Source: Balanoglossus misakiensis
Taxonomy: Eukaryota > Animalia > Hemichordata
NCBI GenBank assembly: GCA_040954595.2
Contig: CM082591.2
Coordinates: 10,371,309-10,435,308, forward strand
Reading direction: 5' to 3'
DNA: 64,000 nucleotides
In this document: positions 1-11,798 of the stretch, in pieces
Position numbering within the stretch: position 1 is the stretch's first letter
How the letters are laid out: the number at the start of each line of letters is the position of its first letter
Notes under the pieces: model-generated
Database searches by the model: none
Told to the model about the DNA's origin: nothing
What the model saw: the letters and a program-made list of their open reading frames with translations, nothing else
Translations under genes and position numbers: made by a program

Positions 1-1458
1 GTTTATCTATCGTTTTGAAATGATCTATCCCGTAGCATAGAGGCGCATTCCTCCAGTTCTTGCGGATTGATATGCACGATGTCATTTGTTTACATTCTAT
101 TGCACGTGAGATATAGACGCGCTCGAACTCACAGAGCCGAGCGCGAGCAAAACATTATTTTTTCTTCGCGACGAAGATCAAATCATCAATTTTACTATTC
201 ATATTTCCAAATAAAGCTCTTCAACATGCAGCGATTACGGGAGATGATAGGATTCGGTAGCGGCATAGGACATACACACACTGAAAGTGCACTAGTCACT
301 GACACCGCACCAAAAAAAATTCAGAACGTAGCAACTACAACTTTCGAATCTCGCGCAATAAACACAAAACTAGATTCGGATATTGAACGCGTCTTCCAAA
401 TATGGTCACCGGGCCGGGGCGTGATAAGCAAGAAAACTGCACGGATGTGAGGGCGCTTTTCCCCATAGACTTTACATGGGCACGTGAATATAGACATATA
501 ATAAAGCTTGTTAAGAAACTATTTGGACAGAATAACGGTCAAACAAATTTCACATACACGCATATTATTCATTAAATAGTCTTATTTAATTAACTTGAAA
601 AATATAAAATTAATAAGTACAACCATATGTTGAAAACATATTCTGTCTAACGGTGACAATTTAAACGACCAACAGAAACTACAACATTCCACCAAAAGAT
701 AATAGACTGACAATTAATACCGGTCCTGGGAATTTGCATGTAATATTTCTATCGTTAAAGTTTTCAAGGAACAATCACGTATTACCTCACAATATTGTCC
801 TGACGAGTTAGAGCAGAAGGAAACCTCCATAAATTTCCAGATCGAGGACGGTTCACACAGGGTGGCGTAATCAGAGGGTCCACAATACAGACATTCAAGT
901 TCACGAAAGTCTAGAATAGTCCACAAAGAAAACCCCGCATACGAAGCTGCAAAGACCGGATCCAGGTCGGTTCACATGTGGTGTACTCACGGATCTCCAA
1001 TGCTTCAAGAACACTACTTTCTTGAAAGACCACTGGAACATAGCATCCATCGGGATACAACAAGAATCCTTGATGACGGTGACGGGACCACATGTAGGTA
1101 ATAAGCACGAGGTCGGATGTCAACTTATCAATGTGGAGACAACGTGGCATAGAAACCTTGTACAAATAGCACCGAGGCGACGTGGCACTGTACTGACGTC
1201 TTTTATACGACTAAAATACATAATTCATTGACACCTGGTCACGCGGTGTGCTAAAACAAAGGAATAAAAGTGAGGTTCACCTGGTCAATGAACCATTGGA
1301 CACATGGACAACGTAACACGCATAAAAACAAAAGAAGCACGTTTTGTTTGACGTTGTGTTCTTCCTGCGCTTGGCGCACAGTGCGCCCTCATGCAACCGA
1401 ATCGAATCACGGGAATGGGAAAATGGTGACTGTCGCTTATTATTGGTCTGACCTAACC

Positions 1459-4400
1459 ATGGTTTACTCACTGTCGTGAAACCTTATGTTCTATAGCTGT
1501 TCGTGGGAGTGGCGGCATCAGTCTGCGTTCAGGTGAGATTTGTTTGCTCTGCCTCCGCGTATGATTCCAAAAACGCGTTTACAAAGCAAAACGGATATCG
1601 ATACTTCCGGTTTGCAATGTTGTTGACCTTTCACTCAGTCACAGTCGCTTTGGAGCTGTAGCCTAGGCGATCGCCAATACACGGCCTGTGTTTCAAGTCT
1701 CTGTGTTCGGATCACTCATCACCTCATTAGGGACTGGTCAGTTTCTGAAGCCTGGGGGGATTGGTAAATTATACTGGTTACAGGTATATTGTGGATAACA
1801 AATATGACTGACCCCCCCCCCCCCACAACATTCAAATTTTTTGTGACCCCCACCGATTTGTGTTTGTTTGAGTGTGTATATGTACATGTATATACATGTA
1901 TATCAGATCTATGTATATATGTGTGTGTAGATAAAATCTGTTGCAATGTCTTTCATGATAACACCTGCAAAAATTGTTTATTTACAAGTTATGAGCTATT
2001 TGTATCCACTGAAACTATACTACTTCAGCTGACAAGTTGTAATAGCTTTCCATGTACTAGATATAAGAACAGGGGTGTAGGAAGCAATACATGTATGTGG
2101 TTGTTTTTTTATTGGCAGGTGGGGGGGGGGGGCAAATGTAAATAACATTCTGCTGGTGGAGAATTCATTACAATGACAATTTGCATGTATATATAAATTG
2201 AAATAATTAAAATTAGACCTGAATAAATAAAAAATACAAGTCATTACAATAGTTGGCAGACATAGTAAATAAAGAGAAGTGAAGGGGGTGGGTGTTGGAG
2301 GGTCGGAGGGGTGTCCCCCTCCCACGATAGAAAATTTTGTAAAATTCAGAGCTCAAAACTGAATTTTAATGAACTCAAAAGCAAATCAACTCAATAATGA
2401 TGGGGAGGACAAATTTTACCTTTGCCCTTCAAACTCAACATCGGTAGACTAGGGGCGAGACAAGTAGCCCGCTCTGTACTGCCAAGATTCAAGGGGGTGG
2501 TTGACCCCTCCCACAGTAGATAATTTTCTCAAAACTGTATTTTTGTGGACTCAAAAGCAATTGTTCAGTCCCTCATTCAGCCTTCCCAAAACAAGGTCAT
2601 TTGGTGACCCCCCACCCGTCACCCAATTCAAAAACAGGGTGACCCCCTCCCCTATAATCCCCCCCAGGCTGAAGCAACCGACCAGTCCCTTAGTAAGCTC
2701 ATGATTTATGTGAAGTTAAACACAGGTTGTATTGTGAAGTAATTGTTAGTGTATCACCAGCGAAGACATGAGTGTATACTGCTACAAACATCAAAATGTA
2801 GAGACATTTGGAAGTCAATAAAATCAGCATTTTTTCTCTTCCACCAGACCCAGTTCGACGATACAAGGTGAAATTATTTGTGTCCATCAAATCCTGATAA
2901 CAACCAGACTCATAGTATCTACATAAGAAATGTATTTGCAGAGTGGTGGTGAGTTTTTTTGCTGAGGCCTATGGCCAGCAAATTGTTAAAACACATGTTT
3001 TATTGCAAGGGCAATATCATGATTGTTAGCCTGCACGCAAGGGGTGGTGATCTCTGACCATAAAATTGATGATGCCCAAGCAGAGAGCACCAGCCTGAGG
3101 GCAGGCTGAAAATCGTGATGTTTCCCGAGCATTTTGAGTTATTCATTTTCTTAAACAGAATATTTGGTACATAAAGAATAGAACAAATTCCGGGTTGTGT
3201 CCATGCAATTCTGATGTGTTCATTATCCATTTGCAGTCAAATATCATCCAACTGAATAGATTAAGGTGCGTTGCTCTTTGAAGCCATAGATGTGGGAGAT
3301 TGAGATTTATTCCAACAACAATTTGCCATGTGCAGAAAAGATGCAAAGAACTTTAAAATCATCCCCAGCAGGCCATTTCCCCTACTATGTTTTTCTCTAT
3401 GCTCCCCACGCAGGGTCTAGTAATTTGGTTTATATTTTTGAAATTTTGCTATTTACAATTTAAAGGACTCTAACCATGGCAATGCTTACCATGTGATCAT
3501 GATCATGACATCTTACATTTAGAAGTCAATAACAACCTTATCTACTACTGACTGACTAAATTAATGAGCAGGGGTGTTGCTCAATATCAGTGACCCCAGT
3601 TGCCATGGCTACAGTCCTTTGACAAGCAAATAGGAAATTAAGCAACGTTTCAAAAATGGAAACCAAATTGCTGGACCCTGTGTGGAGCATAGCATAAAAA
3701 ACACAGGAGTCTGGATTCAAGACAATAAACTTACAGGAAGGCAATTACATTACAGATTCCAATCTCCCTTCATTCTACATGTACCCACTGCCCCACAGCA
3801 GCAAATCTTTGAACAACGACTAAGGGTTTGTTCCCTGATATTATTTAAATTTTCTTTCCAAGGTCATGGTGATATATGTGGTGAACTTGATTCGCGCTGT
3901 GTGTATATACATTGTGAACTTACTGGCTGTTGACCCATGGTTGTGTAAAAAGGGAGGCTTTCTGAAAACCCAGCCATTGCAGAAAGAAGCAGAGGTAGGT
4001 TGCAATGAAACTTGTGATTTTCACTTTCAACAAGGTAATCCTTTTTTATGTGATTTTGTAAGTGGTACTGTTAGATCAGTGTGCAATTCCCATAGAAAGA
4101 AGTGATGGCTAGTTGGAAGGTTTGGTGGATGTGTTATAACAAGATTTGTTAATTTCAACCAGAAATTGTGCATTGTTTTTGCAAAATTGGGTCAAATTAG
4201 ATTTTTGTAAGATATGCAAAAGCACCGTATAAATAACAGATACTTGCTGGAGTTAGGACTTTGATAATTGACAGAAAACTTCATTCCCTGAATGCACCTG
4301 TTTTGTATGTGGCGTGCTTAAGCAAAACACCCAAAGTGCATGCTGTCAAAGGCACAATTTGACATATCTTTAACACTTTCACCCCTAATTCCCTCTTTTG

Positions 4401-4666
4401 AGGTTCCAGTTTATCATAGAAAACAAGGGATTTGGACAAAACCATGGTTGTGAAAGGGGTTTATCTTCACCACATGGAAGGCTAGTCAGTTCCTGAATGA
4501 AATATGCAGTTTTTCTTTTCTCGTTTGTAGGAGATTTCCACTCTCACTCCACGGGGATGGTCTGGATGTAACTGCTCTTGTGTCGGTTTGGCCAAGCAGC
4601 GCTTGGAAACACCAGGTGCAGGAGCAGAAGAGAAATGTCTTTGACAGACACGCCATGTTAAGTTGA
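1459..4666 (+). pseudogene. TMEM9: Intron-containing TMEM9-family pseudogene (exons ~1459-1532, 2848-2948, 3863-3994, 4531-4666; exon 3 not confidently located)
   Basis: Exons with GT donors and/or AG acceptors translate as: signal-like VKPYVL*LFVGVAASVCVQ | TQFDDTR*NYLCPSNPDNNQTHSIYIRNVFAEW(C) | VMVIYVVNLIRAVCIYIVNLLAVDPWLCKK...QKEAE | ...QR(+1 T)WKHQVQEQKRNVFDRHAMLS*. The last exon matches the conserved TMEM9 C-terminus (QRWKxQVQEQRKxVFDRHxML). Contains in-frame stops and a frameshift. Confidence 0.85.
1730..2689. mobile_element. PIF/Harbinger (Tourist-like) MITE, 960 bp, in TMEM9 intron 1
   Basis: TIRs GGGACTGGTCAGTTTCTGAAGCCTGGGGGG / CCCCCAGGCTGAAGCAACCGACCAGTCCC, flanked by TTA on both sides (1727-1729, 2690-2692). 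Confidence 0.8.
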
Positions 4667-6063
4667 AGAGTTGCACCCTTGTCTTTGATCTGCCCTACTC
4701 AGTTGAAGGGCTGTTCTTGTGTCTTTCAAAAGAGCAGTAAGATGTAACTAGCCAAGGCAGCAAATTATGGCAGACAGTTTGCTTAGACTTTGATATTGTG
4801 TTACCCTCTACTGCTTGTTACTTCCACTGGACATTTCCCACATTTCAATCTGACTAAAAAGGTTTAGGTTAGGGATGGGGTTGTTTTCTGACATTTCTGA
4901 ATTCCACTTTGGAATTGTTGTAGCATCAACATCATGCATTTCATGAAACCTGTCCTTTCAGACACCTCTGTAATCAGAACACATCTCAATTAAGGACAGA
5001 TATTTCAAGACAAAAGTTGAATAGAATGATACCTGTGTAATACCAACACCTCTCTATTAAGGACAGATTTTGTCCTGAAGGTGTCATTAATTGACATGTT
5101 TCACTTTATATTCAGGTTAGAAGCATCAATTTATTAGCCAACACATCTGTGACCTACAACAAATGCATGCTATGTCTTGTACTCACAGCCCCTCAGGGTA
5201 AAAAAAAATAATTATGATCAGGCAAAATGTATTCTTTATAGGAGCAAAAATAGCCACATTGGTGTTCAAAATAGAAACTACATTGATATCATTCTAATTT
5301 TGTGATGCTGGTATTTCAGTGTACTCAATGTTGAATCATTCCAAAATCTTTGACCATGAAAACTATTAAAACACATGGGGATTGATATTTGGCTGGTACA
5401 GTTTGTGTAATGGGCACATATCTGTATGTTATTTGTGTAATTAATGTTTGTGTCAGTCAGTGTCCCTGTCCCGGATTGACACAAGTCAAATTTGTGATGT
5501 CAGCAGTTGCATGTCAGGTGACAGTGTTTTCCAAGATCTAAATGCAAAACTGTGAGTGTTAAAAAACAAAAGGGTGTTGTCGTTTAGCGACAATCTTAGG
5601 TATGGCTCTTTTGGATTCAATATGGTTTAGGGTTCTGTATGTTGGAATTGATTGATAATAAATTCATTGGAAGTAATTAGTGTATCTTCATAGACTAGAT
5701 GACCTAATCAGGACAAATATACCGTGCATGTACTGTTTCATATTTTGCATTGATATTGTATACTGGTAAGTTTCTACTTCTAGAGTTAGTATTGAAGTAT
5801 ACAAATATTTATCTTGTGAGCAGATTTTATGTCAATAAAACATCCAGAACATTTATTCTCATGTGTGCAATTTCCAGTAAGAAATACGAAATATAGAAGC
5901 CAATTATGGTGTAAGTGACGGGAGGGGGAATTCCTCCTAAACCATAGCAAAAATTTGCGACAAACAGTGAGTGGGCGTTGTTTGGGAGATGCAATAATAG
6001 TCTTCCTCCTGAGGAAAGATACTAAATATTTGAGTGTAATTTTATTACAGGACCATTTTGTGT

Positions 6064-8621
6064 TAGTGGAGCGGCCAAACCCCAATTTGCATAGCGATTG
6101 TGCATTTTGTGATAAAAGCACCAAACTTGGCTCAGATGTGTGTTACTGTGTACTTAGCAAATTCAGATAGCGAGCCACTTAATATCTGTTAACGGGTAGC
6201 CATGGCAACCATTTTTCAAAATGGCCGCCACTACATTAATCTTTCCCACAAAATAACGACTAAAGAACACCAAGGTAATTTCAGATTATGATATTTGAAA
6301 CCAGAAACTATAGAAAGGGTGATTTGCTAAGTATTTGTGGTCACCGAAATAGTTATAAATACAGAATAAAGGATAAAACACAGTTTAATGTCTACAGTGG
6401 AGCGGCATAACAGATCGATTGTTGATTTTGTGATAAAAGCACCAAACTTGGCTCAGATGTGCGTTAATGTGTACTAAACAAATTCGGATAGCGAGCCACA
6501 ATATCTGTTGATGAGTTTCCATGGCAACCATTTTTTTTATTTTTTTCAAAATGGCCGCCAATACAGATAATCTCACCCACAAATTAACAATTATAAAACA
6601 CCAAAATAAATTCACATTACAATATTTGAAACAAAAAACTGCTCAAAAAGTAATTTTCAAAATATTTATCATCACTAAACTAGTTATAGGGGTAAATACA
6701 GGATCGAGATTCAGTCACTGTATAACCATAGATATTTTATAATAGTGGCCTGGCATAAACAACATTTTCATAACATTTGGGCATTTTGTGATAAAAGTTT
6801 AACAAGTAAAGCTCAGTTGATTCGTTATTTTCCCCATAAAAATATCTTTGATGAACAAAATTCCAAATTTAGTCAACCCAGGGAAAAAACGGCATGTTGT
6901 TTCTCAACCTTATAAATTGATCTGACCAGTTTGAATCAGTGCAGAATCTAGCTTTTCTATTTAACTTCATCAAATGATTCATGCAAATAAAGAATCACTT
7001 CCCCATAAAATGGTGGCAGAAAGCCAGTATCATGACAGTCGATTGGTTTGTTAAAGTTACTATAGTAACTATGTCTAGGTTGCATGTACATAGATAGATA
7101 TTATGAATCAAAATCAAAATCTGTTTCAAACTTTTCATCCAATACTTGTCCTTCGGAAAGCGTTTTGATGAAGTCGCTTGAAGTGCTTTGTATTGCTCAT
7201 GTTATCGATAATTTTAATCGCACCTTGATGATAGTCAGCAGTTCTATTTTGACATGTTATTTTGTGTATTTTTGAACCCCCAAAATCTAAGAATAAAATG
7301 ATAAAGTAAAAATAAGCTTCAAAACACCTGCCAAAAGTCTTCAGGATCACAGCTTTTCTGTAAAGAGTAAGATTTCGCTTTCTTCATGCTATTAAATGAA
7401 ATGAAATTTTCCGTAATATCTCTTGCAAAGTCAGATCTTTACACATTGAGATATTAGAATGGTAGAACATTCCAAGTGACTTGTTGGGAGCATTGGGCCA
7501 CCTAATCCCAAAAAATTGCAATAAGACCTGTTTTTCCATTTACCAATCTAAAGGCCAACTGCTTGTATATTTAGTTGGGTTTCTATAATTAACACACAGT
7601 CTTGACAATATTTATGGCATGATGAACACTATTCTCGACAAATAAAATAATGTTGTGTCCTCTGGTGTAATTTTTACAAGTTTGGAATCATAGACACCAT
7701 TTATCTTTTGGTCAACTCTGTTAACAGTCACCAAATTTGCTGGAGTCGAACTGATACATGATCTAAAGTATCAAGACATATGGTCGATTATTAACGTTTC
7801 AGCAATTCGACTTAAGTTTCTTTAATTTCCTATGGCATTTTGACAAACATCAACGCCCCGAAAACATGTTGTCAACGCTGCGGTCGCGATTGTGGTCGAA
7901 ACAAAGCCGACATTTTCTCATAGTTCGTTACCCGGGGTCCATTTAGATTGCATTGTGTTTGAGGCCCTATGTGTATGTCTGTCGACCAATAAACGCGACG
8001 ACCGCGGACTCAGTTTGGATTAACGTCTATTTCGGGCAGTGATCAAGTTGATAAGGAAATTTTACCAGTCACGAGTAAGCCAAGCCCACATCCGTGTGCA
8101 ATTCGAATATATCGGTGATCTGTTTATATGATTATCATCAGCTAAGGTGGTAAACTGTTGTGATTCATATGTGTAATTTACGTACTGCAAGTTAAATATC
8201 GCAATTAGCCTAATGTTTGACCATAGACAGTATATGGTTTGACTTCTAGAGGAGCACCTATTAATCCGAGAACAAAGGGATTAAAAGGTGCGCCTTTAAA
8301 TTGTGTTTTGATAACTTACTTACCCCTTTAAGTAGTTTAGTAACCATAATATCTTTGCAAATCATTATTTCCACAGTTCCTTGTATCAAATATAGTAATC
8401 TAAATTTATTTTGGTGTTTACAGATGTTATTTGGTGGGTGAAATTATCTGTATTGGTGGCCATTTTGAAAAATTGGTTGCCATGGAAACTCATCAACAGA
8501 TATTTAGTGGCTCGCTATCTGAATTTGTTTAGTACACATTAACACACATCTGAGCCAAGTTTTGTGCTTTTATCACAAAATGCACAATCGCTATGAAAAC
8601 TAGGGTTTGGCCGCTCCACTA
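6064..8621. mobile_element. Non-autonomous TIR DNA transposon (~2.56 kb) with long (~280 bp) TIRs and an internal second copy of the left TIR (~6395-6690)
   Basis: Left end TAGTGGAGCGGCCAAACCC...GATAAAAGCACCAAACTTGGCTCAGATGTGTG is the reverse complement of 8540-8621. TGT flanks both ends. No transposase ORF; superfamily not assigned. Confidence 0.75.
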
Positions 8622-8651
8622 TGTGCAGTGAACTGAAGAAGTCTGTTGTGA

Positions 8652-10183
8652 TTTTTAGGTCCCATTGGTATAGGCCTATATACCATGGGACCTTATGGGA
8701 TGGGTTGCGTCTGTATGGATGTATGTATGTATGTATGTATGTATGGATGGATGTATGTATGTATGTCTGTATGTCCGTCCACATCAAAAACTTGTAAACC
8801 GCGGCGCGTATCACCTTGATATTTGGTGTGCAGATGCAGGCAGGGCTGTAGATGGGAGTTTGTTCAAACGAAGTTGCCAGGCCCAAAAATATGCAAATTA
8901 GCCAGTAAAATGTGAAATTTATCAAAACACTGAAAGTCAACAACTACTGGTCAGATTGCTTTAAAAATTGGTATGCATATACCTTATGTCAACCTCACAT
9001 CGACCTGTAAGTGTTAAGTTAATATCATGGATGTTTTATTTTTTATGAATTTTTTAGTCTTTTTATTAAATTTATACCTTTACTTATACCTCTATGGTTA
9101 AGCTATGTCCACGTCTTATTGTGGAATTCTGGTCTGTGCAATAGTCCTGTACAGTGACTGTCTATTGGTCAGTGAGCACAATGGGGCCAAAATAAAAGGC
9201 AAATTTTTAGGCTCACCTGTAACACCTGCTTAACACATTAATTATGTGCACACCTAATTCCGGGCTAACTAATAGGGCTAGAGGTTTCGTTCTTGTGGGA
9301 CATGGACCAGTATAGGGTCAAAATTTCTTGCCCAAATTTTGGGTGACCTCAGGTGACCTTTGACCTACTTTCCTACATCTCGGCATCCAGAGCAGGTACA
9401 GACTTGGCGTTTGGAGGGTTGGGACTAAAATTGAAAAGCCAAAATATGCGTCACCTGTGACACCTGCATATCTCATTAATTATGTGCATACCTAATTCCA
9501 GGCTAACCAATAGGGCTATAGGTTTGGTTTTTGTTGAACATGGACCAGTATAGGGTCAAAATTTCTTGCCCAAATTTTGCATGACCTCAGGTGACCTTTG
9601 ACTTACTTTTCCATATCTTGGCATCCAGAGCAGGTACAGACTTGGCGTTTGGAGGGTTGGGACTAAAATTAAAAAGCCAAAATTGGGGGTCACCTGTGAC
9701 ACCTGCATATCTCATTAATTATGTGCATACCTAATTCCAGGCTAACCAATAAGGGTATAGGTTTGGTTTTTGTTGAACATGGACCAGTATAGGGTCAAAA
9801 TTTCTTGCCCAAATTTTGCATGACCTCAGGTGACCTTTGACCTACTTACCATATCTTGGCATCCAGAGCAGGTACAGACTTGGCGTTTGGAGGGTTGGCA
9901 CTAAAATTGAAAAGCCAAAATTGGGGGTCACCTGTGACACCTGCATATCTCATTAATTATGTGCATACCTAATTCCAGGCTAACCAATAGGGCTATAGGT
10001 TTGGTTTTTGTTGAACATGGACCAGTATAGGGTCAACATTTCTTGCCCAAATTTTGCATGACCTCAGGTGACCTTTGACCTACTTTTCCATATCTTGGCA
10101 TCCAGAGCAGATATGCTTATTGCTATGTTGCTATGTGCTATGTCCTCAAATGGGACCACTGTGTCCTTGACGCTATTTTTTTT
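8652..10183 (+). mobile_element. Helentron-associated non-autonomous element (HINE/DINE-1-like) with a central tandem array
   Basis: T-run, then a 5' hairpin (GGTCCCATTGGTATA-GGCC-TATATACCATGGGACC), an (ATGT)n microsatellite ~8712-8772, ~239-bp tandem repeats, a 3' subterminal IR AATGGGACC, then a T-run. The next unit of the flanking repeat (GTCTGTTGTGATTTTTTT at 10377) shows the empty T-run site. Confidence 0.7.
9190..10110. repeat. Tandem repeat, ~239-bp unit x ~3.9
   Basis: CACCTGTRACACCTGC recurs at 9214, 9452, 9691, 9929. Confidence 0.9.
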
Positions 10184-10545
10184 CAATGTCGCCACCAACA
10201 GCGGGTGTGACACATAAATGGTGACCTAGTTAATTTAACACGCTTGTACACTGAAAGGTCAATAAATTTTAATATATGTTGAAAACGCACGTATGTCGCC
10301 AGATTATTCGCACCTGTTAATCCGTTCTTTCTAGCAAATAGCTTGAGACTCGTTTCTGACTTACACGGACGGTAATGTCTGTTGTGATTTTTTTAGGTTG
10401 CCACTAACGGCGGGTATGACAAATAAATGGTGACCTAATTAATTTAACCCGCTTGCTCACCAAACGGTCATAAAGTTTACATATATGAAAACGCGTTTTC
10501 ATAACCAGACTATTCGCACCTGTTGGTACAAACGTTCCTTTAGAA
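10184..10545. repeat. Diverged ~209-bp tandem duplication
   Basis: GCGGGTRTGACAMATAAATGGTGACCTA at 10201 and 10410, with continuing similarity (ATTCGCACCTGTT). Confidence 0.6.
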
Positions 10546-11798
10546 TGCGCAGTCTCGAGTATGCGCATGTGCATTGAGTACGCTTGCGAAAAGGGGTCAT
10601 CATACATACTGTCCTTGGTTTGTGGACACCCGTCCTTGCCAGGGTAATACCATCTGTCGTCTGCGGGGCCAACTGTTGGAGGACGCCCCTTTTCATAGAT
10701 CAAAATTTTTTTTTACGTTTTTGTCGAATATCGTCTCCAGCTCCCGATACTCCCTGCTGCGATCACCTTCCATCCCGACAAACTCGTGGACTGCAGTCCT
10801 TCTTTGATTTTGAAGTGTACAGATTGAAATACATGTATTGTATAATGAGTTATCTGTTGCATTCGTTCGTCCGTTAGTTCAAAGTCCAATGTCTGTTGTC
10901 ACAAACCTTACAAGTAACAATGAAACACCAGAACTTTGTGTAATGTTCAAGGGCTAACCCAGTTACACATGTAAGGAGGGGGTAGTCATAGTCAAACGAA
11001 ATACCCCATAAGTAAACTTCTACAAGCGAGTATAAAAGTCAAATTACTTTCCCATTCCGGAATTACTCACGACCGCGTGAGTTCCATACAGTACATGTTT
11101 ATCTACTGTACTGTTTTATGGTCCTGTGAAACAGGCGATATTGGAACAGGGAAAATAAAATTTTGTCAAGCGAAATAACGACTTCGTATCCCATTAACGA
11201 GCATGTTGTCTTACACATAATTTATAGTTTATCAGATGCCAGGTTTATTGGCTTTTACAAGCTAAAAATAAACACGACATCAGGAGAACATAAAACCAGT
11301 TGATTTAAATGTTGCAAATACAATTCACACAGTCAAGTCATAAAAATGCAGGGAAAAGTAAAAAAAAATAGACAGCTGGGTTAATCCTGTGATTTGTACC
11401 AAATATCACTCTACAGAAAAAAATCTAGGCATTACTTATGGTTATACATAACCTTTTCATGGCTTTCAGGTTGATACCTTCGGCCTTCGGGGAAGCGGAT
11501 AATTTATTCTTAATGCAAAAACCTTCCAGTTGTACGCCTTTCTTTTGTACGCCTATTTTTGTGGATTAGCAAAGCAGATTAAGTCGGCTCGCATATGTCT
11601 GTGTGTAACAGCATTTTGATGGTGATTAGTGAAGAAAATCATGTACAAATAACATTCGAGCGACACACAGTCACAATTCAGTTTCATTTGCTTTTTATTC
11701 ATTACTATTCATGGAAACTAGCTACTAGTATTGGAGGTTGATTTTTACTCCAATAATATTAATAGTATTGGAGGGAACCATTTCAGTAATATCCATTC

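Noticed and set aside
67-450. 127-aa ORF at the window start
   Set aside because: No recognisable domain or splice structure; probably the interior of a repeat truncated by the window edge.
8617-8623. CACTATG heptamer reminiscent of Transib/ProtoRAG termini
   Set aside because: Wrong orientation relative to the element, not mirrored at the left end, no 5-bp TSD and no RAG-like coding sequence.
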